Shown here in pieces: positions 48,236 to 61,051 of a stretch of 64,000 nucleotides of DNA. The notes under the pieces were generated by a model. The model saw only the letters and a program-made list of their open reading frames with translations, searched no databases and was not told the DNA's origin. The stretch is taken from the NCBI GenBank assembly GCA_027307335.1, contig DAHUXD010000030.1, positions 2,707 to 66,706 of the forward strand, in the 5' to 3' direction. Made by a program: the position numbers and the translations under genes. How positions within the stretch are numbered: the first letter of the stretch is position 1; the number at the start of each line of letters is the position of its first letter. Source of the stretch: Acidobacteriota bacterium (GTDB lineage Bacteria; Acidobacteriota; Thermoanaerobaculia; UBA5066; Gp7-AA6).

Positions 48236-49147
48236 TTACGACGCGGTCGGCTTGCGATCGGGCGAGGGAACCGTCGCGCGGAGGATCGCGCGGATCTCTT
48301 CCTCGCGGCCGGCGCCGGCGGTGCGCGAAAGCGTCTCCTCGGCGAGCGCCCGATAGAGCGCGAGGGTCTCCGGCTCCCGCGCGAGCGCGGCGACGTGGCC
48401 CCGCACGGTTCCCGCGTCCCGCCGCGCGACCGCCCCCGTGAACGCGTCCGCGAACGCGCGCGCGGCGATGGCGGCGGCCGCTCTCGAGGAGAGTCCGGCG
48501 AGCGTCTCTCGCGCGATGTCCTCGGGAATCCCGATCGCGACCCAGTTTCGGACAGCGACCGATACGATCGCCGCCGTGCCCCCCGCCGCGAGCGTGGCGG
48601 CGGCGTGGTAGCGGCCCCGATCGGTCGCCGACAGGCGGTAGGGCTGGGCGCCGAACCGCCCGGCGAGCGCGAGCCCGGCGTCCACCGCCTCGGAATCCCC
48701 CTCGATCGCGACGAGCGCGCCGCCCAGATCCTCGTCGGGGGCGCCGACGAAGGGGCGCACCGGGTGAAACGACGCGACGGCGGCGCCGCGGCGGCGCAGC
48801 GCTTCGAGCGCCTCGCTGCCGAGCGCGCCCGCCAGGTGGAAGGCGAAGCGACAGTAAATCCGCGGGGCGATCGCATCGGCGATGCCGCGGACGGCGTCGT
48901 CGGGAACCGCTAGGACGACGAGTCCCGCCGGAGGGAACCGCTCCGCGTCGGGGGAGAAGGTCTCCGCCTGGCCCAGATCGGGCACGCGTCGCGTTCGCCC
49001 GAGCACCCACCCGATGAGGCCACCCGCCCCAGTCCACGAGCGCGCGAAGGCTCGCCCGGCGCGGCCGGGGCCGACGAGGCCGAGGGGCTCCTTCAGCAGG
49101 TCGGCGGCCACGCGGAGAAGTCTAAGTGCGGAAGCGGATTCACCCAT
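48236..49147 (-). CDS. Rossmann-like plus DUF2520-domain protein (putative oxidoreductase)
   Basis: 303 aa. LGLVGPGRAGRAFA dinucleotide-binding-like start. ...FTGAVARRDAGTVRGHVAAL resembles the TGP.ARGD..TV..H motif of DUF2520 proteins. Confidence 0.6.
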   Translation of the reverse strand: MGESASALRLLRVAADLLKEPLGLVGPGRAGRAFARSWTGAGGLIGWVLGRTRRVPDLGQAETFSPDAERFPPAGLVVLAVPDDAVRGIADAIAPRIYCRFAFHLAGALGSEALEALRRRGAAVASFHPVRPFVGAPDEDLGGALVAIEGDSEAVDAGLALAGRFGAQPYRLSATDRGRYHAAATLAAGGTAAIVSVAVRNWVAIGIPEDIARETLAGLSSRAAAAIAARAFADAFTGAVARRDAGTVRGHVAALAREPETLALYRALAEETLSRTAGAGREEEIRAILRATVPSPDRKPTAS

Positions 49148-49156
49148 CTGTTATCA

Positions 49157-49183
49157 TTAGCACTCCCGATGGGAGACTGCTAA
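49157..49183 (+). promoter_or_regulatory. CIRCE operator (HrcA binding site)
   Basis: TTAGCACTC-CCGATGGGA-GACTGCTAA. This is a 9-9-9 inverted repeat with one mismatch to the consensus TTAGCACTC-N9-GAGTGCTAA. The last A is the A of the hrcA ATG. A TATCAT -10-like hexamer (49152..49157) abuts it. Confidence 0.85.
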
Positions 49184-50253
49184 TGGCGGGACTCGACACC
49201 CGCAGCCGGGCGATTCTGAAGGAGATCATCCGCGTCCACGTGGACACGGGACGCCCGGTCTCTTCCCGCACGCTGTTCAAGTGCGACCGGTTCGCGCTCT
49301 CCCCCGCGTCGATCCGGAACATCATGGCCGACCTGACCGATGGGGGATACCTCGTGCAGCCGCACACCTCCGCCGGACGCGTGCCGACGGACCGCGCCTA
49401 CCGCATTTACATCGACGAGCTGATGCGCCAGCGGCGCGTCTCCGACGACGTGCGCGAGCAGGTCGGCTCGGACCTCGACTCCGCCGGCGGCGACGTCAGC
49501 CGCCTCTTCTCCGCCGCGTCGCGGCTTCTTTCCCAGCTCTCCGGCGAGGTGGGATTCGTGGTCGCGCCGGACGCGCTCCACACGGTCGTCAAGAGCCTGC
49601 GCTTCCTCGCGGTCGCGCCGGGGAAGGTTCTGGTGGTGCAGGTCAACGAGCCCGACGTGGTGATCTCGCGCGTGCTCGAGACCGAGATCGCGTACACGAG
49701 CGAGGAGCTCGACGCGCTCTCCGAGCGCCTGACGCGGGAGTACGGCGGCCGGACGCTGCACGAGGTCCGGCAGCGCCTCGTGATGGCGCTGGCGCGCGAG
49801 CGCGAGGAGGCCGGCCGGATGATGGGGCGCGCCGCCGAGCTCGCGCGGCGGGCGCTCGAGAAGAAGGACTCCGAGGACAGCGTCTTCTTCGACGGCACGG
49901 CCCGCCTCCTCGAGAAACCGGAGTTCGCCGACGTGCTCTCGCTGCGCCGGGTCTTCCAGGCCTTCGAGGAGAAGGCCAAGGTGCTGGACCTCGTCTCCCG
50001 CTATCTCGATGCGCCCGGCACCAGCGTCGTCCTCGGGTCGGAAGACTCCCACGTCGTCGATCCGCGGTTGTCGGCCGTCTTGACCTCTTACGGCACGGGA
50101 GAGACACTGACGGGAATGCTGGGAGTGATCGGCCCGGCGCGGCGCGAGTACACGCGAGTCATTCCGGTGGTCGAGCTTCTCGGCCGCGCCGTGTCCGACC
50201 GGCTGGACCGCCGCGAGGCGGAGAGCTCGGACTCCGAGGGAGGACCGCGATGA
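49183..50253 (+). CDS. hrcA: Heat-inducible transcriptional repressor HrcA
   Basis: 356 aa from ATG 49183 (MAGLDTRSRAILKEIIRVHVDTGRPVSSRTL, a typical HrcA N-terminal wHTH). The track start 49126 would place CIRCE inside the coding sequence. Confidence 0.9.
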   Translation: MAGLDTRSRAILKEIIRVHVDTGRPVSSRTLFKCDRFALSPASIRNIMADLTDGGYLVQPHTSAGRVPTDRAYRIYIDELMRQRRVSDDVREQVGSDLDSAGGDVSRLFSAASRLLSQLSGEVGFVVAPDALHTVVKSLRFLAVAPGKVLVVQVNEPDVVISRVLETEIAYTSEELDALSERLTREYGGRTLHEVRQRLVMALAREREEAGRMMGRAAELARRALEKKDSEDSVFFDGTARLLEKPEFADVLSLRRVFQAFEEKAKVLDLVSRYLDAPGTSVVLGSEDSHVVDPRLSAVLTSYGTGETLTGMLGVIGPARREYTRVIPVVELLGRAVSDRLDRREAESSDSEGGPR

Positions 50254-50849
50254 GCGATCGCGACGATCGCCGGCCGCGGCCTCCTGGAGAGGACGTGGTC
50301 GAGGTCCGCGACACGGGCGACTCGCTCGAATCCGCGCTCGAGCAGGAGGAAACGGCCGCCCTCGCGGCCGCCGAGGACAAGCTGCGCTCGATTCAGCGCG
50401 ACCTCGAGGAGCTCAAGGACCGGTACCTGCGCAAGCTGGCCGAATTCGAGAACCACAAGAAGCGGAGCGAGAAGGAGCGCCAGGAATACTTCAAGATCGC
50501 GCTCGCCGGATTCGTGCACGACTTCCTGCCCGTGATGGACAACTTCGGCCGGGCCCTCGAGCACGCGCGGCCGCAGGACCTCGAGAGCGACTTCGGCCAG
50601 GGCGTCGCGCTCATCGGCAAGCAGATCGCCGATCTCTGGAAGCGCTACGGCCTGATCCCGATCGACACCTCCGGGCCGTTCGACCCCAATCTCCACGAGG
50701 CGGTCGCGACGGAGGAGACCGACGCGGTCCCGCCCGGCGCGATCCTCGAGGTCCTCCAGAAGGGATATTTCCTGAACGACCGTCTCATCCGTCCGGCCTC
50801 GGTCAAGGTCGCCGTGCGGCCGGGCGAGACCGACGAGACCCGGAAGTAG
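50250..50849 (+). CDS. grpE: Nucleotide exchange factor GrpE
   Basis: 199 aa from ATG 50250, in an ATGA overlap with the hrcA stop. [22 protein letters not shown] and [13 protein letters not shown]. Confidence 0.9.
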   Translation: MSDRDDRRPRPPGEDVVEVRDTGDSLESALEQEETAALAAAEDKLRSIQRDLEELKDRYLRKLAEFENHKKRSEKERQEYFKIALAGFVHDFLPVMDNFGRALEHARPQDLESDFGQGVALIGKQIADLWKRYGLIPIDTSGPFDPNLHEAVATEETDAVPPGAILEVLQKGYFLNDRLIRPASVKVAVRPGETDETRK

Positions 50850-50859
50850 GGGAGGCATC

Positions 50860-52695
50860 GTGGGCAAGATCCTCGGGATCGACCTCGGTACGACGAACTG
50901 CTGCGTCTCGGTGGTCGAGGGCGCGACCCCGCAGGTCCTGACGAATCGCGAGGGCAGCCGGACGACGCCCTCGATCGTCGGCTTCACCGAGGACGGCGAG
51001 CGGCTCGTCGGCCAGATCGCGAAGCGGCAGGCGATCACCAACCCGATGAACACGGTGTTCGCGGTCAAGCGCCTCGTCGGGCGCAAGTACGAGGCCGAGG
51101 AGACCCAGCACGCCCGCGAGGTCCTGCCGTACGAGATCGTGCGCGCCGTCAACGGCGACGTGAAGATCCGGGCGCGCGGTCGCGAGTACAGCCCCGAGGA
51201 GATCTCGGCGTTCATCCTCCGTGAGATCAAGGAGTTTTCCGAGGAGGCGCTCGGCGAGGAGATCACCGAGGCGATCATCACCGTGCCGGCCTACTTCGAC
51301 GACGCGCAGCGCCAGGCGACGCGCGACGCGGGCCGCATCGCGGGGCTCGAGGTCCTGCGCATCATCAACGAGCCGACGGCGGCCTCGCTCGCGTACGGCC
51401 TCGACCGGAAGGGCAGCGAGACCGTCGCGGTCTACGACCTCGGCGGCGGCACGTTCGATATCTCGATCCTGCAGCTCGGCGACGGCATTTACGAGGTCAA
51501 GGCAACCGCCGGCGACACGTACCTCGGCGGCGAGGACTTCGACAAGAAGATCATGGACTGGCTGCTCGACGACTTCCGCAAGTCGACGGGCATCGACCTG
51601 CGCCAGGACCGCATGGCGCTCCAGCGCCTCAAGGAGGCCGCGGAGAAGGCCAAGTGCGAGCTCTCGACGGCGACCGAGACGACGATCACCCTGCCGTTCA
51701 TCTCGGCCGACGCGTCGGGCCCGAAGCACATCAACCGGACGCTGACCCGCGAGCGCTTCGAGTCGCTCGTCGCCGACCTGATCGACCGCACGGCCGCCCC
51801 GTGTCTCGACGCGCTCGCGGCGGCCAGCCTCAAGCCCTCCGACGTCGACCAGGTCATCCTCGTCGGCGGCCAGACGCGGACGCCCAAGGTGCAGCGGATG
51901 GTCGCCGAGCTCTTCGGCCGCGAGCCGAACCGGGACATCAACCCCGACGAGGTCGTCGCGATCGGGGCGGCGATCCAGGGAGGCGTCCTGAAGGGCGAGA
52001 TCAAGGACGTCGTGCTCCTCGACGTGACCCCGCTGTCGCTCGGCATCGAGATGCACGGCGGCGTGTTCGAGAAGCTGATCGAGAGGAACGCCACGATCCC
52101 GACGAAGAACACGAAGGTGTTCACGACGGTCGCCGACAATCAGTCGGTCGTCGAGATCCACGTCCTGCAGGGCGAGCGCGAGATCGCGAAGGACAACAAG
52201 TCGCTCGGCCGGTTCGAGCTCGTCGGCATCCCCGCGGCGCCGCGAGGCGTCCCGCAGATCGAGGTCACGTTCGCGATCGACTCGAACGGCATCGTGAACG
52301 TCTCGGCGCGCGACCTCGCGACGGGCAAGGCGCAGGGCATGCAGATCAATCCGGCCGGCGGGCTCTCGCAGACCGAGATCGACAAGATCATCAAGGAGGC
52401 GTCGGCGTTCGCCGAGGCGGACCACGAGCGCCGCGAGATCGCCGCGATCAAGAACCGGCTGGAGGGCATGATCGCGTCGAACGAGCGCGTGCTGGCGGAG
52501 TTCGGCGGCGCCCTCGGCGACGACGAGCGGGGCCGCATCGAGGAGACCCTCAAGCGCTCGCGGGAGATCGCGGGCGGCGAGTCCCGCGAGGCCTTCAACG
52601 AGGCGATCTTCGACATGCAGGGCGTGTCGAAGGTGCTGACCCGAGTGATGCTCCAGCGGGCCGGTTCGGGAGGGGCGGCTCCCGCGGCCCCCTGA
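50860..52695 (+). CDS. dnaK: Molecular chaperone DnaK (Hsp70)
   Basis: 611 aa. [24 protein letters not shown] and [13 protein letters not shown]. Confidence 0.98.
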   Translation: MGKILGIDLGTTNCCVSVVEGATPQVLTNREGSRTTPSIVGFTEDGERLVGQIAKRQAITNPMNTVFAVKRLVGRKYEAEETQHAREVLPYEIVRAVNGDVKIRARGREYSPEEISAFILREIKEFSEEALGEEITEAIITVPAYFDDAQRQATRDAGRIAGLEVLRIINEPTAASLAYGLDRKGSETVAVYDLGGGTFDISILQLGDGIYEVKATAGDTYLGGEDFDKKIMDWLLDDFRKSTGIDLRQDRMALQRLKEAAEKAKCELSTATETTITLPFISADASGPKHINRTLTRERFESLVADLIDRTAAPCLDALAAASLKPSDVDQVILVGGQTRTPKVQRMVAELFGREPNRDINPDEVVAIGAAIQGGVLKGEIKDVVLLDVTPLSLGIEMHGGVFEKLIERNATIPTKNTKVFTTVADNQSVVEIHVLQGEREIAKDNKSLGRFELVGIPAAPRGVPQIEVTFAIDSNGIVNVSARDLATGKAQGMQINPAGGLSQTEIDKIIKEASAFAEADHERREIAAIKNRLEGMIASNERVLAEFGGALGDDERGRIEETLKRSREIAGGESREAFNEAIFDMQGVSKVLTRVMLQRAGSGGAAPAAP

Positions 52696-52795
52696 ATCGA
52701 CGGGCGATGGGCGATGGGTGACCTGTGATGAGGGCGAAGAAGCCTCGTCCTCGCCGCGATCAGGAATCGCGAATTTCCAATCACAGATTGTTCCG

Positions 52796-53905
52796 ATGAC
52801 CAAGCGCGACTACTACGAAGTCCTGGGTGTGGAGCGCGACGCCGACGACGCGGCGCTGAAGAGCGCCTACCGGAAGCTCGCGCTGATGCATCATCCCGAC
52901 CGCAATCCGAACAACCCGGACGCCGCCGAGAAGTTCAAGGAGGCCTCGGAGGCCTACGCGGTCCTCTCCGACGCCGACAAGCGGGCGCGCTACGACCGCT
53001 TCGGCCACGCGGGCATGGGCGCCTCCGCCGGCTTCCCGGGCTTCGACGCCTCGGGCTTCGCCGACCTGTCGGACCTCTTCGGCGGACTCTTCGGGTTCGC
53101 GGCCGGCGGGGGCTTCGGCGGCCCCGCGGGTCCTTCGGGCGGCAGCGATCTCGTCTACCGCATGACGATCTCCTTCCGTGACGCGGCGTTCGGCGTCGAG
53201 GCGCCGATCGTGGTCTCCCGTCTCGAGCGCTGCGACGCCTGCGCGGGCAGCGGCGCCGAGCCGGGGACGAAGCCGAAGACGTGCCCCGCCTGCGGCGGGC
53301 GCGGCCGGCAGCGCCTCTCGCAGGGCTTCCTGACGGTGACTCGGCCGTGTCCCCAGTGCGAGGGCGAGGGCCGCATCATCGAGAAGCCGTGCGCCGCGTG
53401 CCGCGGCGAAGGACGCCGGCGCGCGAAGAAGGAGATGACCGTGAGGATCCCGGCCGGCGTCGAGGCGAACTCGCGGCTGCGGCTGACCGGAGAGGGCGAC
53501 GCGGGCCCGAACGGGGGACCGGCGGGCGACCTCTACGTGGTGCTGACCGTCGCCGAGGACGACGTCTTCGCGCGCGACGGCGACGACGTCGTCGTGACGC
53601 TCGACCTGCCGTTCCCGACCCTCGTGCTCGGCGGCGAGGTCCCGGTGCCGACGCTCGAGGGCTCGGAGCCGCTGACGGTGCCGGCGGGCACTCCGGCGGG
53701 CGCCGAGCTCCGGCTGCGGGGCCGCGGCATGGGGCGGCTCGGACGCGGCGGGCGCGGGGACCTGCTCGTCCGCGTCGGCGTGCACGTGCCTTCCTCGCCG
53801 TCGAAGGAGGAGAAGGAGATGCTCCGGCGGTACGCCGAGCTGACGGGCGCCCCGGTCGGAAAGGGCAAGGGCGTCCTCGGGAAGGCGAAGAAGATCTTCT
53901 CGTGA
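52796..53905 (+). CDS. dnaJ: Co-chaperone DnaJ (Hsp40)
   Basis: 369 aa from ATG 52796. J-domain [10 protein letters not shown]...HPDRN, G/F region, and four CxxCxGxG zinc-finger repeats. Confidence 0.95.
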   Translation: MTKRDYYEVLGVERDADDAALKSAYRKLALMHHPDRNPNNPDAAEKFKEASEAYAVLSDADKRARYDRFGHAGMGASAGFPGFDASGFADLSDLFGGLFGFAAGGGFGGPAGPSGGSDLVYRMTISFRDAAFGVEAPIVVSRLERCDACAGSGAEPGTKPKTCPACGGRGRQRLSQGFLTVTRPCPQCEGEGRIIEKPCAACRGEGRRRAKKEMTVRIPAGVEANSRLRLTGEGDAGPNGGPAGDLYVVLTVAEDDVFARDGDDVVVTLDLPFPTLVLGGEVPVPTLEGSEPLTVPAGTPAGAELRLRGRGMGRLGRGGRGDLLVRVGVHVPSSPSKEEKEMLRRYAELTGAPVGKGKGVLGKAKKIFS

Positions 53906-53909
53906 ACCG

Positions 53910-54737
53910 GTGAACCGGCGCTACAGCCGTCTCGTCGTCCCGCACAGGGCCGGGGACGGGACGCTGGTCGCGCTCCTCTGGACCCACGCGCCGCTCGGCT
54001 TCGACGAGTCGGCGGGCGACCTCGTCGCGTTCTTCCGCGAGGCGGCCGCGGCGCGCGACGCCGGCGACGCGCTGCGGCGGCGTCGCGTCCGCTTCGCGCT
54101 GACGACGGACATTCCGGAGCGCGATCCGCTCGAGGCCTACCGCGCGGCCTCCCGGCCGTTCGCGGTCGGGCGGCGCTTCTGGCTCGAGCCGGGCGAGGAC
54201 GGCGGGGGCGCCGTGCCCGACGGACGGATCGCGTTGAGAGTGCCGGCCTCGCGCGCCTTCGGCACGGGGAGCCACGCCTCGACGCGGCTCGCGCTCGAGG
54301 CGCTGGAGGACGAGCCGCTCTCGGGACGCTCGGTGCTCGACGTGGGGACGGGCTCGGGCGTCCTGGCGCTCGCGGCGGCGGCGCTCGGCGCTCGGAGCGT
54401 CGTGGGCATCGACCTCGATCCGGACGCGGTCTTCGTCGCGCGCGGGAACGCCGGCTCCCACGCGTTCGGCGCCTCCGTGCGCCTCTACGCGGGAGTGGTC
54501 GCGGCCTGCGGCGGCCGGTTCGACCTCGTGGTCGCGAACATGCTCGCCGACGAGATCCTCGCCGAGGCGCGCGGGATCCGTTTACGCGTCGCGCGCCGGG
54601 GACGGGTGCTGCTCTCGGGGATCACTCGGGACCGGGAGACCGCCGTTCTCTCGCGAATGCGGAGCGGCCGATGGAAGCTCGCGGGACGGCGGACGGAGGA
54701 AGAGTGGATCAGCCTGACGCTCGAGCGCGCCTCGTAG
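53910..54737 (+). CDS. prmA: Ribosomal protein L11 methyltransferase
   Basis: 275 aa with a GTG start. FGTGSHASTRLAL and SAM motif VLDVGTGSGVLA. Confidence 0.8.
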   Translation: MNRRYSRLVVPHRAGDGTLVALLWTHAPLGFDESAGDLVAFFREAAAARDAGDALRRRRVRFALTTDIPERDPLEAYRAASRPFAVGRRFWLEPGEDGGGAVPDGRIALRVPASRAFGTGSHASTRLALEALEDEPLSGRSVLDVGTGSGVLALAAAALGARSVVGIDLDPDAVFVARGNAGSHAFGASVRLYAGVVAACGGRFDLVVANMLADEILAEARGIRLRVARRGRVLLSGITRDRETAVLSRMRSGRWKLAGRRTEEEWISLTLERAS

Positions 54738-55432
54738 TCGACGCGCTGCCGGTCGCGGGCGGCGTCTCCCGGATCGGCGGGGAGGAGGCGGCGCACGCGA
54801 AGGCGCGCCGGCTCCGCGCGGGCGACGCGGTCGTCCTCGTCGACGGGAGCGGCCGCGAGGCGCACGGCCGCGTCGTCCGGTTCGCGCGCGGCGAAGTCGA
54901 GGTGGCGGTCGAGTCGATCCGGGCGACGGAGCGGCCGGCGCACCCGCCCGTGCACCTGCTCGTCGCGGCCGTGCGTGCCGAGCGGCTCGCCTGGATCGCG
55001 GAGAAGGCGACCGAGCTCGGGGCGTCGCGGCTGTCGCTGGTCGTCAGCGAGCGGACCCAGAGCTTTCGCGCGCGGGAGTCGATCGCGGGGCGGCTCTCCC
55101 GAATCGTGCGCGAGGCCGCGAAGCAGACCGGCGTCGCGCGCTGGCCGGCCGTCGAGGGTCCGCGGCCGTTCGCCGACGCGCTGCGCGCGGAAACTTCCGA
55201 GACCCGGCTGATCCTCGACCCGAGCGGCGAGCCGTTTCCGGCGACGCTCGCCGCCGCTCCGGCCGCGCTGCTCGTCGGCCCGGAGGGCGGCTGGACGGAC
55301 CGCGAGCTCGGCGACGCGCTTTCGGCCGGCTGGCTCGCCGTCTCGCTCGCGGCCGGCAAGCTGCGCGCCGAGACGGCGGCCGTCGCGGGGCTCGCGCTCG
55401 CGCGCGCCGCGCTGGCACGAGTTCCGCATTGA
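54671..55432 (+). CDS. rsmE: 16S rRNA (uracil1498-N3)-methyltransferase RsmE
   Basis: 253 aa from ATG 54671, overlapping prmA by 67 nt. The conserved core begins at RLVVDA...[26 protein letters not shown]-terminal SPOUT knot LLVGPEGGW...E. Start uncertain because no canonical start lies closer to the core. Confidence 0.75.
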   Translation: MEARGTADGGRVDQPDARARLVVDALPVAGGVSRIGGEEAAHAKARRLRAGDAVVLVDGSGREAHGRVVRFARGEVEVAVESIRATERPAHPPVHLLVAAVRAERLAWIAEKATELGASRLSLVVSERTQSFRARESIAGRLSRIVREAAKQTGVARWPAVEGPRPFADALRAETSETRLILDPSGEPFPATLAAAPAALLVGPEGGWTDRELGDALSAGWLAVSLAAGKLRAETAAVAGLALARAALARVPH

Positions 55433-55496
55433 CACCACCGTCGCGACGGCAAATACTGCTCCGACTCCCGGACGTCACAGCACACGCGGAGGCGCC

Positions 55497-56438
55497 ATGT
55501 CCTACGAGGACGTCAAGAAGGTCTGGATGAACGGCCGGCTCGTGGACTTCGCGGACGCGAAGATCCACGCGTTCTCGCACGTCTTCCACTACGGCTCGGC
55601 GATGTTCGAGGGCGCGCGCCTGTACAAGACGCGGCAGGGTTCGGCCGCGTTCCGCATCGACGAGCACATCAAGCGCCTCTACGACTCGTGCAAGGTGTAT
55701 CGGATGGAGATCCCGTTCGCGGCGAAGCAGCTGCGCGACGCGATCTTCGAGACGATCCGCGCGAACGGATTCGACGAGTGCTACATCCGGCCCGTGGTCT
55801 ACCGGGGGCTCGGCGCCCTCGGGGTCAATCCCTTCAACAGCCCGGTCGAGGTGATGATCGCGGTCTGGAAATGGGGTCGGTACCTGGGCGACGAGGCCGT
55901 CGAGGGCGGCGTCGATGTCTGCGTGTCGTCGTGGAACCGGATGGCGCCCAACACGTTCCCCGCGATGGCGAAGGCGACCGGCAACTACCTCAACTCCGCG
56001 CTGATCAAGATGGAGGCGATCGTCAACGGCTTCACCGAGGGCATCGCGCTCGACAACGCGGGCCGCATCTCGGAGGGCAGCGGCGAGAACATCTTCCTCG
56101 TCTACGGCGGCCGGATCCTCACGCCGCCGCTCGCGGGCACGATCCTGCCGGGCATCACGCGAGACTCGATCATGCGCCTCGCCCGCGACGCCGGCTACAC
56201 GGTCGTCGAGCAGCAGATCGCGCGGGAGATGCTCTACATCGCCGACGAGATCTTCTTCACGGGCACGGCGGCGGAGGTGACGCCGATCCGGTCGGTCGAC
56301 CGCATCGTCGTCGGCGCCGGGCGGCGCGGGCCGGTCACGGAGCGTCTCCAGAAGGAGTTCTTCGCGCTCATCCACGGCGAGGCCGAGGACCGCTACGGCT
56401 GGCTGACGCCCGTCCCGGTCGAGGCCGCGGTCCGGTAA
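55497..56438 (+). CDS. ilvE: Branched-chain amino acid aminotransferase
   Basis: 313 aa. [25 protein letters not shown] (PLP lysine region) and GENIFLV. Confidence 0.9.
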   Translation: MSYEDVKKVWMNGRLVDFADAKIHAFSHVFHYGSAMFEGARLYKTRQGSAAFRIDEHIKRLYDSCKVYRMEIPFAAKQLRDAIFETIRANGFDECYIRPVVYRGLGALGVNPFNSPVEVMIAVWKWGRYLGDEAVEGGVDVCVSSWNRMAPNTFPAMAKATGNYLNSALIKMEAIVNGFTEGIALDNAGRISEGSGENIFLVYGGRILTPPLAGTILPGITRDSIMRLARDAGYTVVEQQIAREMLYIADEIFFTGTAAEVTPIRSVDRIVVGAGRRGPVTERLQKEFFALIHGEAEDRYGWLTPVPVEAAVR

Positions 56439-56568
56439 CCGCTAAATTCCTGGGGAGGCGGGGGTTGCACCCGCCCGCGAGCCGCCGCCGCCGCAGTGGC
56501 GCGGGCGCGGCGCTTCCAATCCGGGGACAACCGGCGTACTCTAGCGTCCAACCGAGGACAACAAAACC

Positions 56569-57759
56569 ATGCATATCAACGATCTGCTGAAGATTGCGGT
56601 CGAGCGGAAGGCGTCCGATCTCCACCTGAAAGTGGGCGCATTTCCGGTCATTCGCATCGACGGCGCGCTCGTTCCGCTCGCCGACATGCGGCGCCTGATG
56701 CAGGAAGACACGATCGCGATGGCTTTCTCGATCATGTCGGCCCGGCAGAAGGAGAAGTTCAAGAACAACTTCGAGATCGACATCGCCTACAACGTGCCCA
56801 ACCTCGGGCGCTTCCGCTGCAACATCTTCCAGCAGCGCGGCACGGTCGGCCTCGTGCTCCGCGTCATCCCGGCGAAGATCCTGTCGATCAAGGACCTGCT
56901 GCTCCCGCCCGTGCTCGAGAAGATCTGCCAGGAGCAGCGCGGCCTGGTGCTCTGCACCGGAACCACGGGCTCGGGCAAGTCGACGACGCTCGCCGCGATG
57001 ATCGACCACATCAACGCGTACCGCAACGAGCACATCATGACGGTCGAGGACCCGATCGAGTTCCTCCACCGGGACAAGAAGTCCCTCGTGAACCAGCGCG
57101 AGGTCGACGTGGACACGAAGGGCTTCTCCGTCGCCCTCCGCAGCGCGCTGCGTCAGGACCCGGACGTCATCCTCGTCGGCGAGATGCGCGACTACGAGAC
57201 GATCGAGACCGCGCTCACGGCGGCCGAGACGGGCCATCTCGTCTTCTCGACACTCCACACGCTCGATGCGACCGAAACGATCAACCGCATCATCGCGGTC
57301 TTCCCCCCGCACCAGCAGAAGCAGATCCGGCTGCAGCTCGGCGCGGTGCTCAAGGCGGTCATCTCGCTCCGCCTGATGCCGCGCGCCGACGGCCTCGGCC
57401 GCGTCCCGGCGGCGGAGATCCTCATCCGGACGAACTACGTCCGGGAGTGCATCGAGAACAAGGAGAAGACGAAGTACATCAAGGACGCGATCCAGCAGGG
57501 CACGTCGCAGTACGGCATGCAGACCTTCGATCAGTCGCTGTACAGCCTCTACAAGTCGGGACTGATCACGCTGGACGAGGCGCTGAAGCGGTCGACGAAC
57601 CCGAACGAGTTCAAGCTGCGGATCCAGGGAATCCAGTCGACCTCGGACCTCGCGCGCGAGGAGATGGACGCGGCGCTCGAGGCGCCGTCGGACTTCAACC
57701 CGCTCCAGGAGGAGTCGCCGTTCGACTTCTCCAACCAGCCTCCGGCGGGACGCAGCTAG
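56569..57759 (+). CDS. pilT: Type IV pilus retraction ATPase PilT
   Basis: 396 aa. ASDLHL, Walker A GTTGSGKST, Asp box TVEDPIEF, Walker B ILVGEMRD, His box GHLVFSTLHT. An acidic C-terminal tail follows. Confidence 0.92.
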   Translation: MHINDLLKIAVERKASDLHLKVGAFPVIRIDGALVPLADMRRLMQEDTIAMAFSIMSARQKEKFKNNFEIDIAYNVPNLGRFRCNIFQQRGTVGLVLRVIPAKILSIKDLLLPPVLEKICQEQRGLVLCTGTTGSGKSTTLAAMIDHINAYRNEHIMTVEDPIEFLHRDKKSLVNQREVDVDTKGFSVALRSALRQDPDVILVGEMRDYETIETALTAAETGHLVFSTLHTLDATETINRIIAVFPPHQQKQIRLQLGAVLKAVISLRLMPRADGLGRVPAAEILIRTNYVRECIENKEKTKYIKDAIQQGTSQYGMQTFDQSLYSLYKSGLITLDEALKRSTNPNEFKLRIQGIQSTSDLAREEMDAALEAPSDFNPLQEESPFDFSNQPPAGRS

Positions 57760-57822
57760 ACGCGCCGCCGCGGCAAGCCTCCGGCAGAACCCGAGTCCGC
57801 GGACGCGGCCTACGAAAGGGCC

Positions 57823-58237
57823 GTGCGCCTGCTCGCCGTGCGCCCGAGAGGCTTGCGGGAGCTCGAGAAGGCTCTCGGGGATCGCGGGTTCTCCGAGCGC
57901 GCCGTGGCGGCGGCTCTCGAGCGGCTGTCCGCGGCGGGACTCATCGACGACGCCGCGGCGGCCCGCTCGGCGGTCCGGCTGCGCGGCGCGCGCTACGGTC
58001 GCGCGCGGGTCGAGCGTGAGCTGAAGGCGCGCGGTCTCGCCAGGGAAACGATCGCCGCCGCCTTCGAGGCCGAGGGCGCCCCGGCGCGGGAAGACGAGGC
58101 CCTGCGCCGCGCGTTCGAGAGGCTGTGGAAGGCGCGCGCGAATCTTTCGCCGCCGCTGCGTCGCCGGCGCGTGTTCGACGCCCTGACGCGGCGTGGTTTT
58201 CCGGCGGACAGAATTTCTGAGATCATCCGGAGCTGGT

Positions 58238-58257
<20 letters not shown>
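57823..58257 (+). CDS. recX: Recombination regulator RecX
   Basis: 144 aa from the first canonical start (GTG 57823). Repeated three-helix motifs (RLLAVRPRGLRELEKAL..RGFSERAVAAALERL...GLIDD). Homology appears to extend upstream of the GTG; see findings. The 3' end overlaps alaS by 20 nt. Confidence 0.7.
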
Positions 58258-60913
<2,656 letters not shown>

Positions 60914-61051
60914 CCGGCGCGTCTCGTCTTCTCTTGCGGGGTTTCCTCGCCGCGGAGCGTGTCCGCGGTCACACACCGCGGCGCCCGGGTATTCCGCCCA
61001 CTTCGCGGGGTTCGCCCGCGGGCCGGAGGCTATAATCTCTCCTACAGCCCC

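Noticed and set aside
52696-52795. Terminator or attenuator between dnaK and dnaJ
   Set aside because: Only a short 6-bp hairpin (CGCGAT-CAGGA-ATCGCG) without a U-tract and an imperfect GC-rich repeat are present. This is insufficient to call a terminator.
55413-55428. Sigma54-type promoter TGGCAC-N5-CCGCA just upstream of ilvE
   Set aside because: The spacing is correct, but the -12 element is CCGC instead of TTGC, and the site lies inside the rsmE coding sequence. By rough composition-based expectation several such matches should occur by chance in 64 kb of both strands. The only EBP-like gene here appears non-functional for sigma54 activation.
61031-61036. TATAAT hexamer 15 nt upstream of the SLT transglycosylase ATG as a promoter
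   Set aside because: No acceptable -35 element lies at 16-18 bp spacing (GGGTTC at best) and there is no supporting evidence. The hexamer could be fortuitous, so it is not listed as a feature.
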